64,000 nt of DNA from Octopus sinensis (GCF_006345805.1 NC_043015.1:34100001-34164000); one strand, 5' to 3'; shown: positions 1 to 14,079, counted from the first letter of the stretch. Made by a program: numbers and translations. Notes: generated by a model from the sequence alone, not told the origin.

Positions 1-1552
1 CTGTGTAATCACAGTTTATGACAAACAGAAGAATTGCCTTTCGTTTTAACGTTCTTACTTTTATTGCAAGGGTATCACGTGGATGGTATACGAGGCTGGG
101 AAATGAATCATGTTGTGTCTGAAGCAAACACACCAAACTTTCTGTGCCACTACCTACCAACAGAATTGAAATTGGTACCAAGACTAGGTGCTATCTATTG
201 TTGTATTTGACCTCACTGAAGCAGAGGAGTCTTGGTATCCATTTTTATACAGAAGAAGAAGAACTATTATATAAAATGTCATATATAATACGTATGTGTG
301 TTAAAGGTTCATTTTGTATTCCCAAGGTCCTGGGTTCAATCCCATTGACCAACATCTTGGGTTATACCTTTGTGGGTGAAAATAGCCAGATAGAAAGTGT
401 ATCATGGCTATCGAATTGTACCAGCAATAAAAAGGCACTGTTTTGTTACACACTGTGTCACACTGATTCTATTTATGTATGTCAAGGGCAGACTTGTTTG
501 TAGAATTATTTGCAACTTATATGGTTATTCAATGAACAAGAAATTCAGTTGATCAAACTATCGAATTCTCATCATTGAAACTGGTTGAATAACCTGCTTA
601 AGGAAACTTGAAGTCCTAATCAATGTGAACTTTACAATAAATTTGACTCTACTCTCAGTATTGAGTCCTCATCTAAGTAAATGTTCTGCTGTTATTTTTA
701 AACTAACATGAAAATAATATTTTCACAGTTTTGTATATATATTGTTTCATGCTAAGGTAGCCTTCCCTTAACCATTATCTAGGGCTTCCTTAACATGAAA
801 CCAATGATAGCCTTATTTCACAAATAAAGAATCTTTATCCACTAATGCAGTGCTGAGCACTCACTCTCATTGTTTGATACTTACGTACATATATATATAT
901 ATCCCCTTCTCAAATGGAGCTGGTCTCAGCTGCCATTTGGTAATTGTCACACATCCTCCAGAAGTGGAAAGACTCTAAACACTAAAATGAATGCATGGTT
1001 TACCTATTTAAGAATTTACATTTTTATTTTGGTAATTTTGGAAAACTAAGTTAGTTTTTTTATCCTCCACCCCACTTCATTCAGAATTAACCTGGGGTGA
1101 AAAACAACATCTGTTCATTTCATTGAATTATGAAAGACAAAATGTAACATCACTCTTTGGGTCATTGGAGTTAGAACTAAGCTAAATTCTATACTATATC
1201 TATGTTGGTTCTCTACTGTCTGTGCCATCTCAACTGGTTCTGGATAACTTATAAATTAAGCAGTGCCACATTTCTCTGGAACAGACGGAGAAATTAATTT
1301 TCATTCCACAGAGGTTTCTTTTAAATTAGTCTGATCTTGATTCAAGCATGTAATTAAATTTGACTGGAATTCTTAATTCCAGTTACAGCCAGGAGCATGC
1401 TTACTGAATGGAATGTATTTTTAAAGAGACAAGCAATTCATTAATTTTGTTCAGTTCTTCATATTGTTTTATAATTGCTTAAATCATACAAGCATTGTTG
1501 AAGGATATTTTGGTAAAGTTTCTGTCTTTGGAATTGCAGTTAAATATAACAA

Positions 1553-1720
1553 TGGTGGTCAACACATAGAGGATACTCATAATCTTAGATGGTCAACAAT
1601 TAGTGGATACTCCATAGTAGTTTGTTACTAGCGAGTATACTCCATTATCTCATGAGGCCAACAATAAATGAATACTCCATGACAACTTTGAGCCAATGAT
1701 GGAATTCCTTATAGAATTGT
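1553..1720. repeat. Degenerate minisatellite, about 35-bp unit with core GGTCAACAA...GGATACTCCAT
   Basis: Four to five diverged units: ggtcaacacatagaggatactcata / ggtcaacaattagtggatactccata / gagtatactccat / ggccaacaataaatgaatactccat. Confidence 0.6.
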
Positions 1721-1724
1721 TTGA

Positions 1725-1900
1725 TGTGCTAAGAATAGCAGCTAAGTCGCCCTCAAATTATACCTCTTTATCTTAAACAAAAACAAAAACAACTGACAAA
1801 AGATAATGTCTTTGATGATGTGCAGTGTCTGAGAGGATGGCCATTCCAGGAATGCATTTCATCATAGATTGTTTCAATCCTGAACTGACCATGATCGAAA
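1725..1900 (+). mobile_element. Copy of an unclassified interspersed repeat (GCTAAGAATAGCAGC...CCCTCAAAT...TCTTAAA family)
   Basis: Similar sequence recurs at about 17495-17640, 26945-27060 and 59410-59500 (the last on the minus strand). Confidence 0.5.
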
Positions 1901-2459
1901 CAGCAACTTCTGCCACATGTATACCCTATACCATAAATTATCACATGTTGCCATGTTTGAGAGTTGAATAAATTCTAGGAATTAATTGAATGTCTATTTA
2001 TCTTCTGTTATTGGTCTTTGATTAGCAGAGTAATTATTCTTTAAACTGAAATAACAATGATTTTTTGAAGTTAACATTGTGTAAACATGTCAGTCAAGAA
2101 GATTAATCTTCCCAGACAAACTTTTATTTGGATTTCTACTCATGAAACCTTAATTACTTACACCATATTTCATTTATAGATTCACTGCACCCTTAACATG
2201 CACCCACCTCCACCAATCTAAGTCAGATATGTAAGTGCTTTTTCTCTCTTTCTAAGGAACCATTTATTTCAAGTGAACAGCAAATCTTCTGCTTGTTTTG
2301 TTTTATTTAAGATTGATTTAATTTGTTTAAAGTTTGAGTGGGAAGAGAAAATTTCATAGAAATTATAGCTGTGAAATAAATGAGGACATTTCCATTAAAA
2401 AAAAAAAAGGCAGAATTGACACACCTTAGCACATCGTATGTAACTCTTTCTGCCTGTCT

Positions 2460-2575
<116 letters not shown>

Positions 2576-3198
2576 TTTATCTCCTGTTTCTCTTTCACAT
2601 CCTCTTGTTTCTTTGTCCCTCTAATTTCCTCTGCCAACAGTTTTCTTTCCCCTTTCCTTCTCAGAATACTCATACCAACGCCTCACCATCTGCCCATCTC
2701 CAGACGTTGTTTCTTTGTAACAATGCAACAAAGCATTCCCTGATGATTCTTCGTAGTTAAGCATCCAAATGCTCTTGGAACATTAATGCGGAGTTCCAAA
2801 CGATTGCATTCATTTGTTTATTGATTGGTAAATTTGCACACGTGTGTGTGGCTGTAGGAAAGTAAGGAATTGCATTTCTACTATCATATTTATGTGCATA
2901 TACACACATATATATGTATGTATGTATGTATGTATGTGTGTGTGTGTGTGTGTGCATATGTATGTGTGTATGTATGCATCCACACATACATATACATATA
3001 TATATACAGTCGAAATATGAGGACAGGTGTATAAACCACAAGCAGGTGTATTAATTTGACAAACACATGCATACATATATATATGTATGTATGCATGTAT
3101 ATACACACAGACACGACAGAAGTAAATAGATATTAAAATTTATTCAAATCTAAAATTATACATTCAAAATTATTTGTTAATTGCTATAAAGTGAATAT

Positions 3199-4182
3199 TT
3201 AACATCTAGTAGACGTACCTCTTGCATTTTTGAATGCAAAAACCCTATTAGGCATGTTAATGATGAGATGACGAATATTCTGTTGAGGTAGTTCTTGCCA
3301 AGTTTCATGCAGTAATCTCAAAAGATCTGGCTTTGAAGATGCTTTCTTGTTCTTTTTATCAAGTGTCCTATCCATTATGCCCCAGAGGTGTTCAGTAGGG
3401 TTCATATCCGGTGACTGGTTTGGCTATGGAAGCTTTTTAATGCCATTCTCATTTTAGCCATGTGACATGGAGCCCCATCTTCCATAAATAAAGAGTCTTC
3501 TTTAATCATTTCACCACTGGAGAAGATTGGAAGGAGTTCTTTCTGCAATATGGACATACATTTACCTGAGTTCATGTTTCTCTCACACTCCACCAGCTCC
3601 AAATTGCTCCCCAGACCATCACAGAATAGCTGCCATGTTTCATTGTTGGCTGCAATCTTTTCGCATCAAATTCTTGATCACAGACTCTCCAGGCCCACAC
3701 TCAGCCACTGTCAGAAAATACAGCAAATCTGGATTCATTGGAGTATATGACAATGTCCCAAAATGCTAGTGGCCTCTCCATCGTCTCATTGGTCCAATCT
3801 TTTCTCAGCTTGATATTGGCCAGTCAAAGAAGTGGCTTCCTTTTTGCTGCTCTGCAATAATAACCAAGTGTGTGGAGATACCTGACGGCCGTTCTGGGAC
3901 TGATACCAACTTGTTCTACTATGTCAGAAGCCTTGCAATGAGGATTATCCTCCACACTTCTTTTAACAAAGAGAAGGGTCCTGTCACAGAGCTCTGGCCA
4001 ACCTGGGTGAGGTGATGTGCACTCCTTCCCATCTCTGGTGAATTGCCCAATTACTCTATAAATTGTAGAAAGCAGGATTCCAAGGTTTTCTGCAATTTTA
4101 TGCTATGTCCACCTTTAGATTGACCCACAATATGGCCTCTTTGAAATTCAGACAGTTCCAAGGCTTCCTTTGTATATGGCAT
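3199..4182 (-). pseudogene. Tc1-family DD34E transposase pseudogene, near full length with frameshifts
   Basis: Starts at ATG 4182 (MPYTKEALELSEFQRGHIVGQSKGGHS, Tc1-type HTH start). Catalytic motifs: YSNESRF (first D mutated to N), FMEDGAPCH, SPDMNPTEHLW. Ends KNARGTSTRC*. No matching pair of TIRs found. Confidence 0.92.
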
Positions 4183-4225
4183 GATTAAATAGTCATATAG
4201 AGAACCTGAAACATAAAAATGTCAA

Positions 4226-4377
4226 GGAGTGGCTGTATGGTAAGTAGCTTGCTTACCAACTACATGGTTCCAGGTTCAGTCCCACTGCATGGCACCTTGG
4301 GCAAGTGTTTTCTACTATAGCCTTGGGCCGGCCAAAGCCTTGTGAGTGGAATTGGTAAACGGAAACTGAAAGAAGCC

Positions 4378-4426
<49 letters not shown>

Positions 4427-4599
4427 CATGTGTGTGTGTGTATCTGTGTATGCAGACACACACACGTATGGGTATGAAATAAACACCAGGCTTAAGAAAA
4501 AATAAATACTGAGGTCAATTCATTCAACTAACAATTCTTCAGGGCAGTGCCCCAGAATGACCGCAGTCTAATGACTGAGACCAGGAAAAGATAAAAGAT
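4226..4599 (+). mobile_element. tRNA-derived SINE: head, internal TA/TG microsatellite, 3' body
   Basis: Head with A/B-box-like gagtggctgtatggtaag...ggttcagtcccac. Tail ...ccccagaatgaccgcagtctaatgactgagaccaggaaaagataaaaga. Homologous copies at 5781-6209(-), 36874-37175(+), 61150-61320(-) and 21822-21922(-). Confidence 0.85.
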
Positions 4600-4919
4600 G
4601 TGTGTGCACATGTATGTGTGCATGCATGTGTGTATGTGCATGTGTGAATGTGTATGAGAGTGTGTTTGTGTAAGAGAGTTGATAAATTCTCCTCGTCTTC
4701 AAATGTGTTTGCTGTTTATAAACAGAAGCATTAGAGTTCATACAGGCTCTATGTTGCTGGCTTGCTTCCTGTCCGCTGTGAAAGTATGTCTGAGCTTCTT
4801 GACATATTTTGATGCATTGTGTGACCTTTGTAAAGAAAAGGCATACTGAAAAACTTTGCCTCGTTTCTAGTTCGTCGGGCAGCTATGTCTAGGCTGGTCA
4901 TTGCATGAGAGACTAGACA

Positions 4920-5025
4920 CAGTTTAGGATTGACACTAGGAAGGGCATCCAACTGTAGAAAATGCTACCCCAATGTAGTCTCATTCAAGTGTGCATGGAA
5001 AATAGATGTTAAAACAATTATGATA
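4920..5025 (+). mobile_element. SINE/RTE-tail fragment
   Basis: Motif ggattgacactaggaagggcatccaactgtagaaa followed by gcatggaaaatagatgttaaaacaattatgat; related tail on the minus strand at 6210-6305. Confidence 0.55.
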
Positions 5026-5197
5026 TGCATTTAATAAACATGCATATGTACAAACAATAATAGATACAGAGGTATATATACATACATGTGTATGTATATA
5101 TGTGTATAAACCCCTCCTCCCACACACGTATATAATATACACATACAAATAAATATATAGATATGCACTCATATATATATATATATATAGATATGCA

Positions 5198-5247
<50 letters not shown>

Positions 5248-5731
5248 TATTTGCATTTAAATATACATATATGCATATATATTTATACACATACATATAC
5301 ATACACAGTCAGGCATGCTCATACGCATATGTGTATTTACACAAGCACTCTCATGTATATCATTATATTGTTACGCTGCTAAAAAAGTGCAGCACCAGAG
5401 AAGTTAGCTTTGTACTCTTGATAGAATGGAGATATCACAGTGTGGCAGATATGAGAGATAAATTTTATATCAAAGCTAAAGAACTGATCAAATACATGTA
5501 CACATGCATGCACACATAATCTTTCACACACATAAGTCTCCCCACTATACATATGTATTTATGCATATTTGCCTAAACACACATATACATAAATGCACAT
5601 TGGTGTATGTATGTATGTATGTACATATACTTACGTTGTTTAATGTACACATTATACAGTTATGAGCTACTAAGTTTCATACATTGAAGATACTATTTAT
5701 GCAAGTTTTAAAATATGCTAGTGTCTCCAGC

Positions 5732-5780
<49 letters not shown>

Positions 5781-5991
5781 TCTTTTACTCTTTTACTCTT
5801 TTACTCTTTTACTTGTTTCAGTCATTTGACTGTGGCCATGCTGGAGCACCGCCTTTAGTTGAGCAAATCGACCCCGGGACTATTCTTTGTAAGCCCAGTA
5901 CTTATTCTATTGGTCTCTTTTGCTGAACCGCTAAGTGACGGGGATGTAAGCACTCCAGCATCGCTTGTCAAGCAATGCTAGGGGGACAAAC

Positions 5992-6024
<33 letters not shown>

Positions 6025-6209
6025 TATACACACACATATATATATATATACATATATACAACAGGCTTCTTTCAGTTTCCATCTACCAAATCCACTCACA
6101 AAGCATTGGTCAGCCCAGGGCTATAGCAGAAGATGCCTCGCAGTGGGACTGAACCCGGAACCATGTGGTTGGTTAGCAAGCTACTTACCACACTGCCACT
6201 CCTGCGCCT
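5781..6209 (-). mobile_element. Complete tRNA-derived SINE, antisense copy
   Basis: Head 6209-6060 is the reverse complement of the 4226-4383 head. Body runs 5990-5812. Tail is (TCTTTTAC)x4. Confidence 0.88.
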
Positions 6210-6305
6210 ATATCGTTTAACATCCGTTTTCCGCGCTAGCACGGGTTGGACGGTTCGACCGGGGTCTGGGAAGACCAGGGTCTGCTCCAGGCTCCAGTCT
6301 GATCT
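6210..6305 (-). mobile_element. RTE-type 3' tail fragment (LINE or SINE)
   Basis: atcgtttaacatccgttttccgcgctagcacgggttggacgg, the reverse complement of a gcatggaaaa..ggacgttaaa-type tail. Confidence 0.55.
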
Positions 6306-6520
6306 ATATATACACATACACACACAAAATTTGGGGGTTTAGTTCAGAGGTGATCTAAATGGTTAGGTATGCTAGGTAAGTGTTGCAATGGATTACTAGG
6401 TCTCCAAGGTTATAGCCAAGATGGTAGTTATGGAGCCATTGCAGATTTCTGAAATAGTGGATATATAATTGTTAAAGAGGACATTGAACGTTCAGGCAAG
6501 GCAAGCATCTCAAGTCATAA

Positions 6521-6717
6521 TACATTATTATTATTATTGGAAAAAAAGATCCAAAGCCTTACAGCTGTTTCTGGGATATTACAGAGTATGAGATATTCCA
6601 TCATTGAAGACAAATAGGGAAAATGAGAAGGGTTCCGATGACAGAATATCCCATATTCTGGGATATCCCAGAAGCAACAGTAAGACCTTGAATTTTTCCA
6701 ATAATAATAATAATGTA
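6521..6717. mobile_element. Fold-back MITE-like element with about 85-90 bp inverted arms and TA at both ends
   Basis: Left arm tacattattattattattggaaaaaaagatccaaagccttacagctgtttctgggatattacagagtatgagatattccatcattgaa aligns to the reverse complement of the right arm, tacattattattattattggaaaaattcaaggtcttactgttgcttctgggatatcccagaatatgggatattctgtcatcggaa. Confidence 0.8.
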
Positions 6718-6751
6718 TATAACTTGTGATGTTTGCCATGCCTAAACATAG

Positions 6752-6796
<45 letters not shown>

Positions 6797-7026
6797 CACA
6801 CACACACACACGCACACATGTATACACACACACACACATGTATACACACACATGTATATACACACACACGCATTTTAGTATATATACATATATACATGCC
6901 TATGCAAATACATCTATACAAATAAGTACAAATACATAATATTATATATGCACAACCTCAATAAGCACACACATACAGCCATACATACACACATGCATTT
7001 ATAGATATGTATGTGTGTATGTGTGT

Positions 7027-7064
<38 letters not shown>

Positions 7065-7401
7065 TATGTATCTATATGAATATTAATATACAAAGACCCA
7101 CATTAATGTATATAAATATTATAAAGCAACTTGTATTTTGTTGGCAAAATTCTAATCTATAACCTAGATAGAGATCTGACTGTTGTATTGGTAGTTTAAA
7201 AAAAAAAACAACTAATTTATCAAAACTCAGTGGAATGTGATGCTGAAGAGGAACGAAGAGGCAAGGAGACAAACAAGATTTTTATTTGATCTCATATTTT
7301 ATTATCTCAGTGATTTTTTCTACTTTAAGCCACATTATGGGAAAAATTAAATCTTCACATTCTGCTATATAAAACTGTTAGGAAATTAGTTCATATATGC
7401 A

Positions 7402-7446
<45 letters not shown>

Positions 7447-7468
7447 GTGTGTGTGTGTGTGTGTGTGC

Positions 7469-7499
<31 letters not shown>

Positions 7500-7504
7500 T
7501 GTGC

Positions 7505-7536
<32 letters not shown>

Positions 7537-8000
7537 ATGTGTGTGTGTGTGTGTGTGTATAGATCAAAACATGTGTGCTCTATGTGCCCTGTGCATGTAG
7601 ATGAAAGAATATACCATGTGTGTGTATGCATATGATGTATATATGCATATATGTGTGTGTGTGTCTGTCTGTGTTTGTATATATTTGTCTGTGTGTGTAT
7701 GTGTATAAAGATAAATATATGTGTGCATGTCTGATGTGGTTTGAGTTAATGTTGAAAGATTGTGTAATACAGGGAGAAAACAACATACACACATACATAC
7801 TTGCATACAAACTTACGTATATACATATATATACATATATATATATACACAAACTAATACTCACACATACATATATATAGTATACATAGACTAACATGCA
7901 TACATACATTTAAATATGCATATATCTATATCTGTATATAATTATCTGTCTATCTATGTATCTATCTATCCATCTATCTATATATCTCACTATCTATCTA

Positions 8001-8122
<122 letters not shown>

Positions 8123-8767
8123 ACACACACTAATACTCACACATACATATATATAGTATACATATACCAACATGCATACATACATTTACATATGTATATA
8201 TGTACACAGACACAGACACACAGACACACACACATCTTATACTCTGATACACATATATACACATGGTACTGATCAAACAAAGAAAATAGGGAATGTTACA
8301 TAAAGTCAGAGCATATATATATATATATATATGTAAAAATAGATGGAGGCAAACTGATGATTGAGAGACTTTGAGTTTCATGATTTATGAATACTTTCTC
8401 CATCAATCAGTGTTGTCATCTTTTTCATCCAACCAGTCTCAGCAGCCGTCAGCTGATGTGAATGGACAGCAAAGATGCTATCTGGACGTGAACAGTGCTC
8501 AGTTGCCTCCCCTCGCTTGATCGAACGTCTTACACATTGCACCACACAAACGGAGATTGACAGAGAGGTGGATTGCCTTTTTTGTTCTTTTGGTCTCCAC
8601 ATTTGCCTTTGTATAGACACATACATGTGTATACTGATTGATGGACATGTAGCAATGTTCATGTAGGCATAAATACAAACACGTTTATGCAGCATAATGA
8701 GCGTTTACAATTTCACATGCCCAAGAGCACACTACTACTACTACTACTACTACTGCTGCTGCTGCCG

Positions 8768-8813
<46 letters not shown>

Positions 8814-8902
8814 ATCCACACACACACATTCCATTTGTGACACACATGTCCAATATGTGTACAGACACGTATCCATACATATGCATTTGTAAATATATTT
8901 GT

Positions 8903-9180
8903 TGTACTGGTTTTGTCATGTGATGTGGATGGACGAAGAAAGTCGCATGAAGAAGTGCCGGTCACTTAAAGTGGAAGGAAATTGTAGAAGAGGGAGACTC
9001 AGAAAGTTATGGGACGAAGTATTAAAAGCCAATCTCAAAACACTGAACCTTATTAAAGAGATGACAGAGGACCAAGGTACGTGACACACTGCTACACTCA
9101 TGAAGAGCTACCCACAACAACAGAACTGAGATCCTAAAACCAAGGTGCCATGTAAAAAGCATTGCTGTGGTGCTGGTGTC
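8903..9180 (+). mobile_element. RTE-clade LINE 3' fragment
   Basis: WFCHVMWMDEESRMKKCRSLKVEGNCRRGRLRKLWDEVLKANLKTLNLIKEMTED matches the RTE ORF C-terminus (RWxGHVxRM...RxRGRPRKxW). Confidence 0.85.
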
Positions 9181-9864
9181 ACAGATGTACATACATGTGT
9201 GTATATCTGTGAGTGTATGCATGCATTGACAGGCAGCTTCATCTCCGTATGTGCACACACAGGTAAATGCACACACACACTCACACGCACATGCATGCAC
9301 AAACATATGTATGAGTATACGCATATATTTACATGTGTGCATTCATGTGGGACTGCTTATGTGTGCATTTGTATTTGTGGATGCATAACTATTTGTATAT
9401 AGATGTGAGTGTGTGTGTGTGATTATGGGTAAATTTTTACATGAATGCATATATGTAATTTTTGTGTGTATGTGTGTGTCTATATGTGAGGATATGCATG
9501 TATATGTATGTGTAAGAGAATACATATGTATCAGCATGTATGAGTGTGTGTGTGTGTGTGTGTATGATCATAAAAGACATGTAAAGAATCTTTCTCTTCC
9601 GCTATTGGAAAGCCATGTGATATCTCGATGTTGGCTCTGTTTCTAAGGGCAGATGCATTGGCAGGTGAATCCTTTATAAAACACTCTTTTATTCTTTTGT
9701 GGGAAAAAAGAATGTTATAGAGAATATTTGGCATTATGATTAAGAAGCATGTTTAGAAATTCCATTAACTTCAGAAATAATTTGGTAGAGAACTTTTAGA
9801 ATTAGCTGAAAGTTCTGTTGTGGTTTGACATCTCATATAATGGTATAGCATCCTAATACTGTAT

Positions 9865-10256
<392 letters not shown>

Positions 10257-10309
10257 GAACAAAGAAAATAATGATGGCAACAATGATGATGACAATTAAA
10301 TTCTCTGTC

Positions 10310-10790
10310 AGAAAATGAAGAAGATGAGAAAGGGAAAGGAATATTTCAGAAGAATAAAAAAAGGTGCTAAACTCAAAATTGAATGAATAGAAAAACATCT
10401 TTGCAGCAAACCTGTGGGTGATGGTCTCTAATATGATATTCTGCTGCTTTTCTGAACTGGACTAGGAAAGAACTTAGAGGTGTAGATTGTAAAAGAAGTG
10501 AGACATTGACCATGTATAGGTCATTACATCTTCGAGATGGTGTTGATGAGTTATAAGACTGCATTGGGATGGCAGAAAGTGATATGGAAGAGCATACGAA
10601 AAAGTGATCTCAGCCTCCGTAGGAGAGGGGAAAGAAGCTGTGGAGAGCACAAAAGAATACAAGAAAAGAAGAATACAAGAGTGAGAAAGAAACATCTGGA
10701 AAAAAGAGCTGCATGGCAAGCATCCCAGATAAATGCAGAGTATTACAGCCAACAAATCTTGGTTATGAATGAAGAATGGAGAACTTGAGA
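10310..10790 (+). mobile_element. R4/Dong-clade non-LTR retrotransposon fragment (post-RT region)
   Basis: Frameshifted KEYFRRIKKVLNSKL...LNWTRKELRGVDCKRSETLTMYRSLHLRDGVDEL, matching R4-type KEYxRRxxxxLxSxL...W...LD...L.M...HP..DVDRLY. Confidence 0.75.
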
Positions 10791-11334
10791 AACAAATGGA
10801 AGGACTCATTTATAGCTGCTCAAAGCCAGTCATTATTAACAAATTTTATTAAAGCAAAAATAAACAGAACTGTGGAAAGTACTGAGTGAAGAATGTGGAA
10901 CAAGAAAGGTGAGTTTGTTTTGCACATAATATGTATTTGTTGTCATCGGCACAGAAACAATATATTACTACAGACATGATCTTATAGTCTTATATGCTGG
11001 CTTTAAGCATATATGTGTGTTTATATACTGTGCATGTATGCATGTGTTGTTGTCTATCTGTTTGCATAGAATATACTGAAAGTGCCATTTTGCATCTCCT
11101 TATATTACAATAAACTGTCAATTAGTATAGATTGCTACAAAAGTATGAATCTGTACATTCAAAGGTTACAGCAAAAGCATTGCTTTGTACTTCCACAAAC
11201 GGCAATCAAAATATTCTATAGAATATAACAGGAGTCAACTCTGTACTTCCCTTACTTATAACAGAAATCCAGTTCAGTACTTTCATATCTTACAGAGAAA
11301 GTATTTTAAAGTACTTCCATAGATTACTAAATAA

Positions 11335-11530
11335 ATATTGGTTTCTAATTTTGGCACAAGGCCAGCAATTTTAGGGGAGGGGGTAAGTCAGTTATATCAA
11401 CCCAGTACTCAGCTGGTACTTATTTCATTGACTCCAAAAGGTTGAAAGGCAGAGTCAGCCTCAGTGGAATTTGAACTCAGAATGTAAAGGTGTTGCCCAG
11501 TATGCTAATGATTCTACCAGTTCACCACCT
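11335..11530 (-). mobile_element. tRNA-derived SINE, second family (ggcggcgagctggcagaa head)
   Basis: ttggcacaaggccagcaattttagggg...gtacttatttcattgactccaaaagg...ggaatttgaactcagaatg. Homologous copy at 32800-32990(-) and a head fragment at about 49793(+). Confidence 0.8.
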
Positions 11531-12219
11531 TCAATTTGATAAATATTACGTACTTCTACAGGTTAGAAAGACTGTGCCACTTGTACTTGTTTAGAGTACA
11601 AGAAATGTGCCATTATGTACTTGTATAGTTTACAAGAGAAAGTGACATCCAGGTCCTCCCATAATTCCCGATGAACGTGTCAGTCTGCACTTCCAAAAGA
11701 TAAAACTGAAAACTGAAGGAGACATCTTGAATTTATTGAAAAATTGAGACCGAAAGAACGAAAGAAGTTTATCAATTCTACAAAAGATAACAACAGCAAC
11801 AACAACAACAATAACCTCAGCAACAACAACAATACAAAGCACATAACAAAGATTCTTTTGAAGAGAGTAAAAAGAAGTCAGATCAATAACAGAAAATTAA
11901 AACTACATAATTTCTATTGATTGTTTTCAATAGATAAATGGTAAAATAAAGTTCACTGCAAGCGTTGGCGTCATGTCTGAGAAGGTTCTTGCAATTTCAC
12001 CAACACTTTGTCCACGCATAACAACTTATTGGCTCCTCTGATACTGGAGATTCCTTCCAGATATATTCGTTAAAGGTATAATTGGGTGTTGACATTGTTT
12101 GGCTAATAAAAGTCTTCTATAACTACGTAACTACCCTCATAACCATATAACAACACACACGTGCATACACATGCACATACGCATACACAAATGTATCTTC
12201 ACATACATATATACAAATA

Positions 12220-12256
<37 letters not shown>

Positions 12257-12719
12257 TATGTGTAACTAACTCTCTCTCTCTCTCTCTCTTTCTCTCTCGC
12301 TTAGGTTTACAGATACTCAATACAATGTTCAATACTTCAGGCAGTAAAATGCTACATTCTTTATTTGGTGAGTAGTTTACAAAGTTAGAATTGAAACAGA
12401 ATTAAATTTGTAAACTACTTACTAAATAAGAATATATCATCATCATCATCATCATCACTGCCACCACCACCACCACCAGCATCACCACCACCAGCATCAC
12501 CACCAGCACTACCAACATCCCTAAGATTACCACCACCATAAGCTTCTACATTCTTATGCCTGTTTTTCCATGCTGCAAGTGATAGACAGGTCCTCCCTGA
12601 TACAAATTTTTTTTCATCTCCTTTTGTGAAAGTCAGTTTCCTGAAATCAATCTTTTTAGCCACATTTGCTGATATGTTCCTTGATCTTGCTTTTACTTGA
12701 ATGTTTTCACATTTATTTA

Positions 12720-13830
12720 CCTAGCCGTCATCCATATGAATGACATTCCCAAATCAATACTTTCTTCTCTCTTCTATACTGTATTTAATTCTTCTTACAC
12801 CCAATTTTTCTCTGTAACTCATCCATGTTTCATCATTTATATCATTTGTTCTCAATTGGGGTCCATTTAAGGTTTCTCATGTGAAAATGTATCTACAACG
12901 AATTGGTTATACTTCTTATACTACACAGTTTTTTAATACAATTCCTAATAATATTTAATTATAAAAATACAATAGGATGTTTTTAGACATTGAATGGCTG
13001 TTGGAGTCCAGCTGATTAGAAGAGGAATTAAAGGGGTCCACAGGTAAAAAATGATTGAGAAACACTGACCAATATCCACCAACATTACCCATCCAACAGA
13101 ACATGCTTGCTTCATTTCTTTCCAACTTTCACCTGTCTTCTGCATTCAATATCTACCTCACATTCACACACACTGTCGCACTTTGGCCACATGCAGCCTC
13201 CTACAATGAATCTTTCATTCAAAGAGTGTATCATTCGTTTTGTTGCTTGCAAATATGCAATAGCTCCCTGTATTAGTTCCAGCCTGTTCTTATCTGGCTA
13301 CAATACCTTCAGAACACCTTCCTTCACAGCTAATTAGGTCACCTAGATAACCAGATACCAACTATTTCAATGGAACCTTCTTCCACCAGTGTTCTTACTG
13401 GTAACTACACCCATGCATCTGCTGCACACATCTGTGATCCGACTGCAGCCTCTCTGTTCCCATCATTTACAATTAGTACACTGTACGGAATTCTTACTTA
13501 TCTATTTTCTGTATATCAAGATGATAACCAGGATCCCATCTTCTCCCCTAATTTTCGAAACTTTAGTCTTTGCCAGGATTACTTTGAGTGCTCCTTAGTT
13601 TAAATTTTGTTTTCAAACCCAGAATTCTTTCTCTAATTGTCACACTGTCTCTGCATTAAAGATGTATAGGATCCCTTATGGACAACCAGGAGTAAACTCC
13701 TCTGTTATGGCCTGGAGAACCATAATGAATAGGAGAGAGTTTAGAACTAAGCCCTGATGAAGACTTACTTGTGCACTAAATTCTTTACTGATCTCATTGC
13801 TGTTGGAAGCCTTATACATTGTTTGTATCA
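12720..13830 (-). mobile_element. RTE-clade LINE reverse transcriptase remnant, interrupted by a MITE
   Basis: SKEFSAQVSLHQGLVLNSLLFIMVLQAITEEF (RT motif GVxQGxxLSPxLF), LKVILAKTKV, CYLGDLIS-like motif, and after the MITE EKLGVRRIKYSIEERR..FGNVIHMDD. Confidence 0.88.
12843..13067. mobile_element. hAT/Charlie-type MITE nested in the RTE remnant
   Basis: TIRs catttgttctcaa / ttgagaaacactg with subterminal ggggtcca motifs; degenerate 8-bp flanks atttatat / accaatat. Confidence 0.7.
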
Positions 13831-13935
13831 CTCTCATACAACATTCTTTTGTTTTCTTAGAGACTACCAGATTACTGAGTGTAGCCCTCAGTTAAAGCCT
13901 TGTAAGTGTGCATGTATGTATATGCACAAACTTAA

Positions 13936-13976
<41 letters not shown>

Positions 13977-14079
13977 ACACACACACACACAACACACACA
14001 CACACACATAATTAGGCATTCTAGCTTTGACCATAACAACATCCAAAATGTCATTCCTTTTTTAAGATGTTAGGGAGAC

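Noticed and set aside
3004-3060. tacagtcgaaatatgaggacagg as the Tc1 terminal inverted repeat
   Set aside because: Plausible TA+CAGT start, but no matching partner was found beyond the transposase start, so the element boundaries are not claimed.
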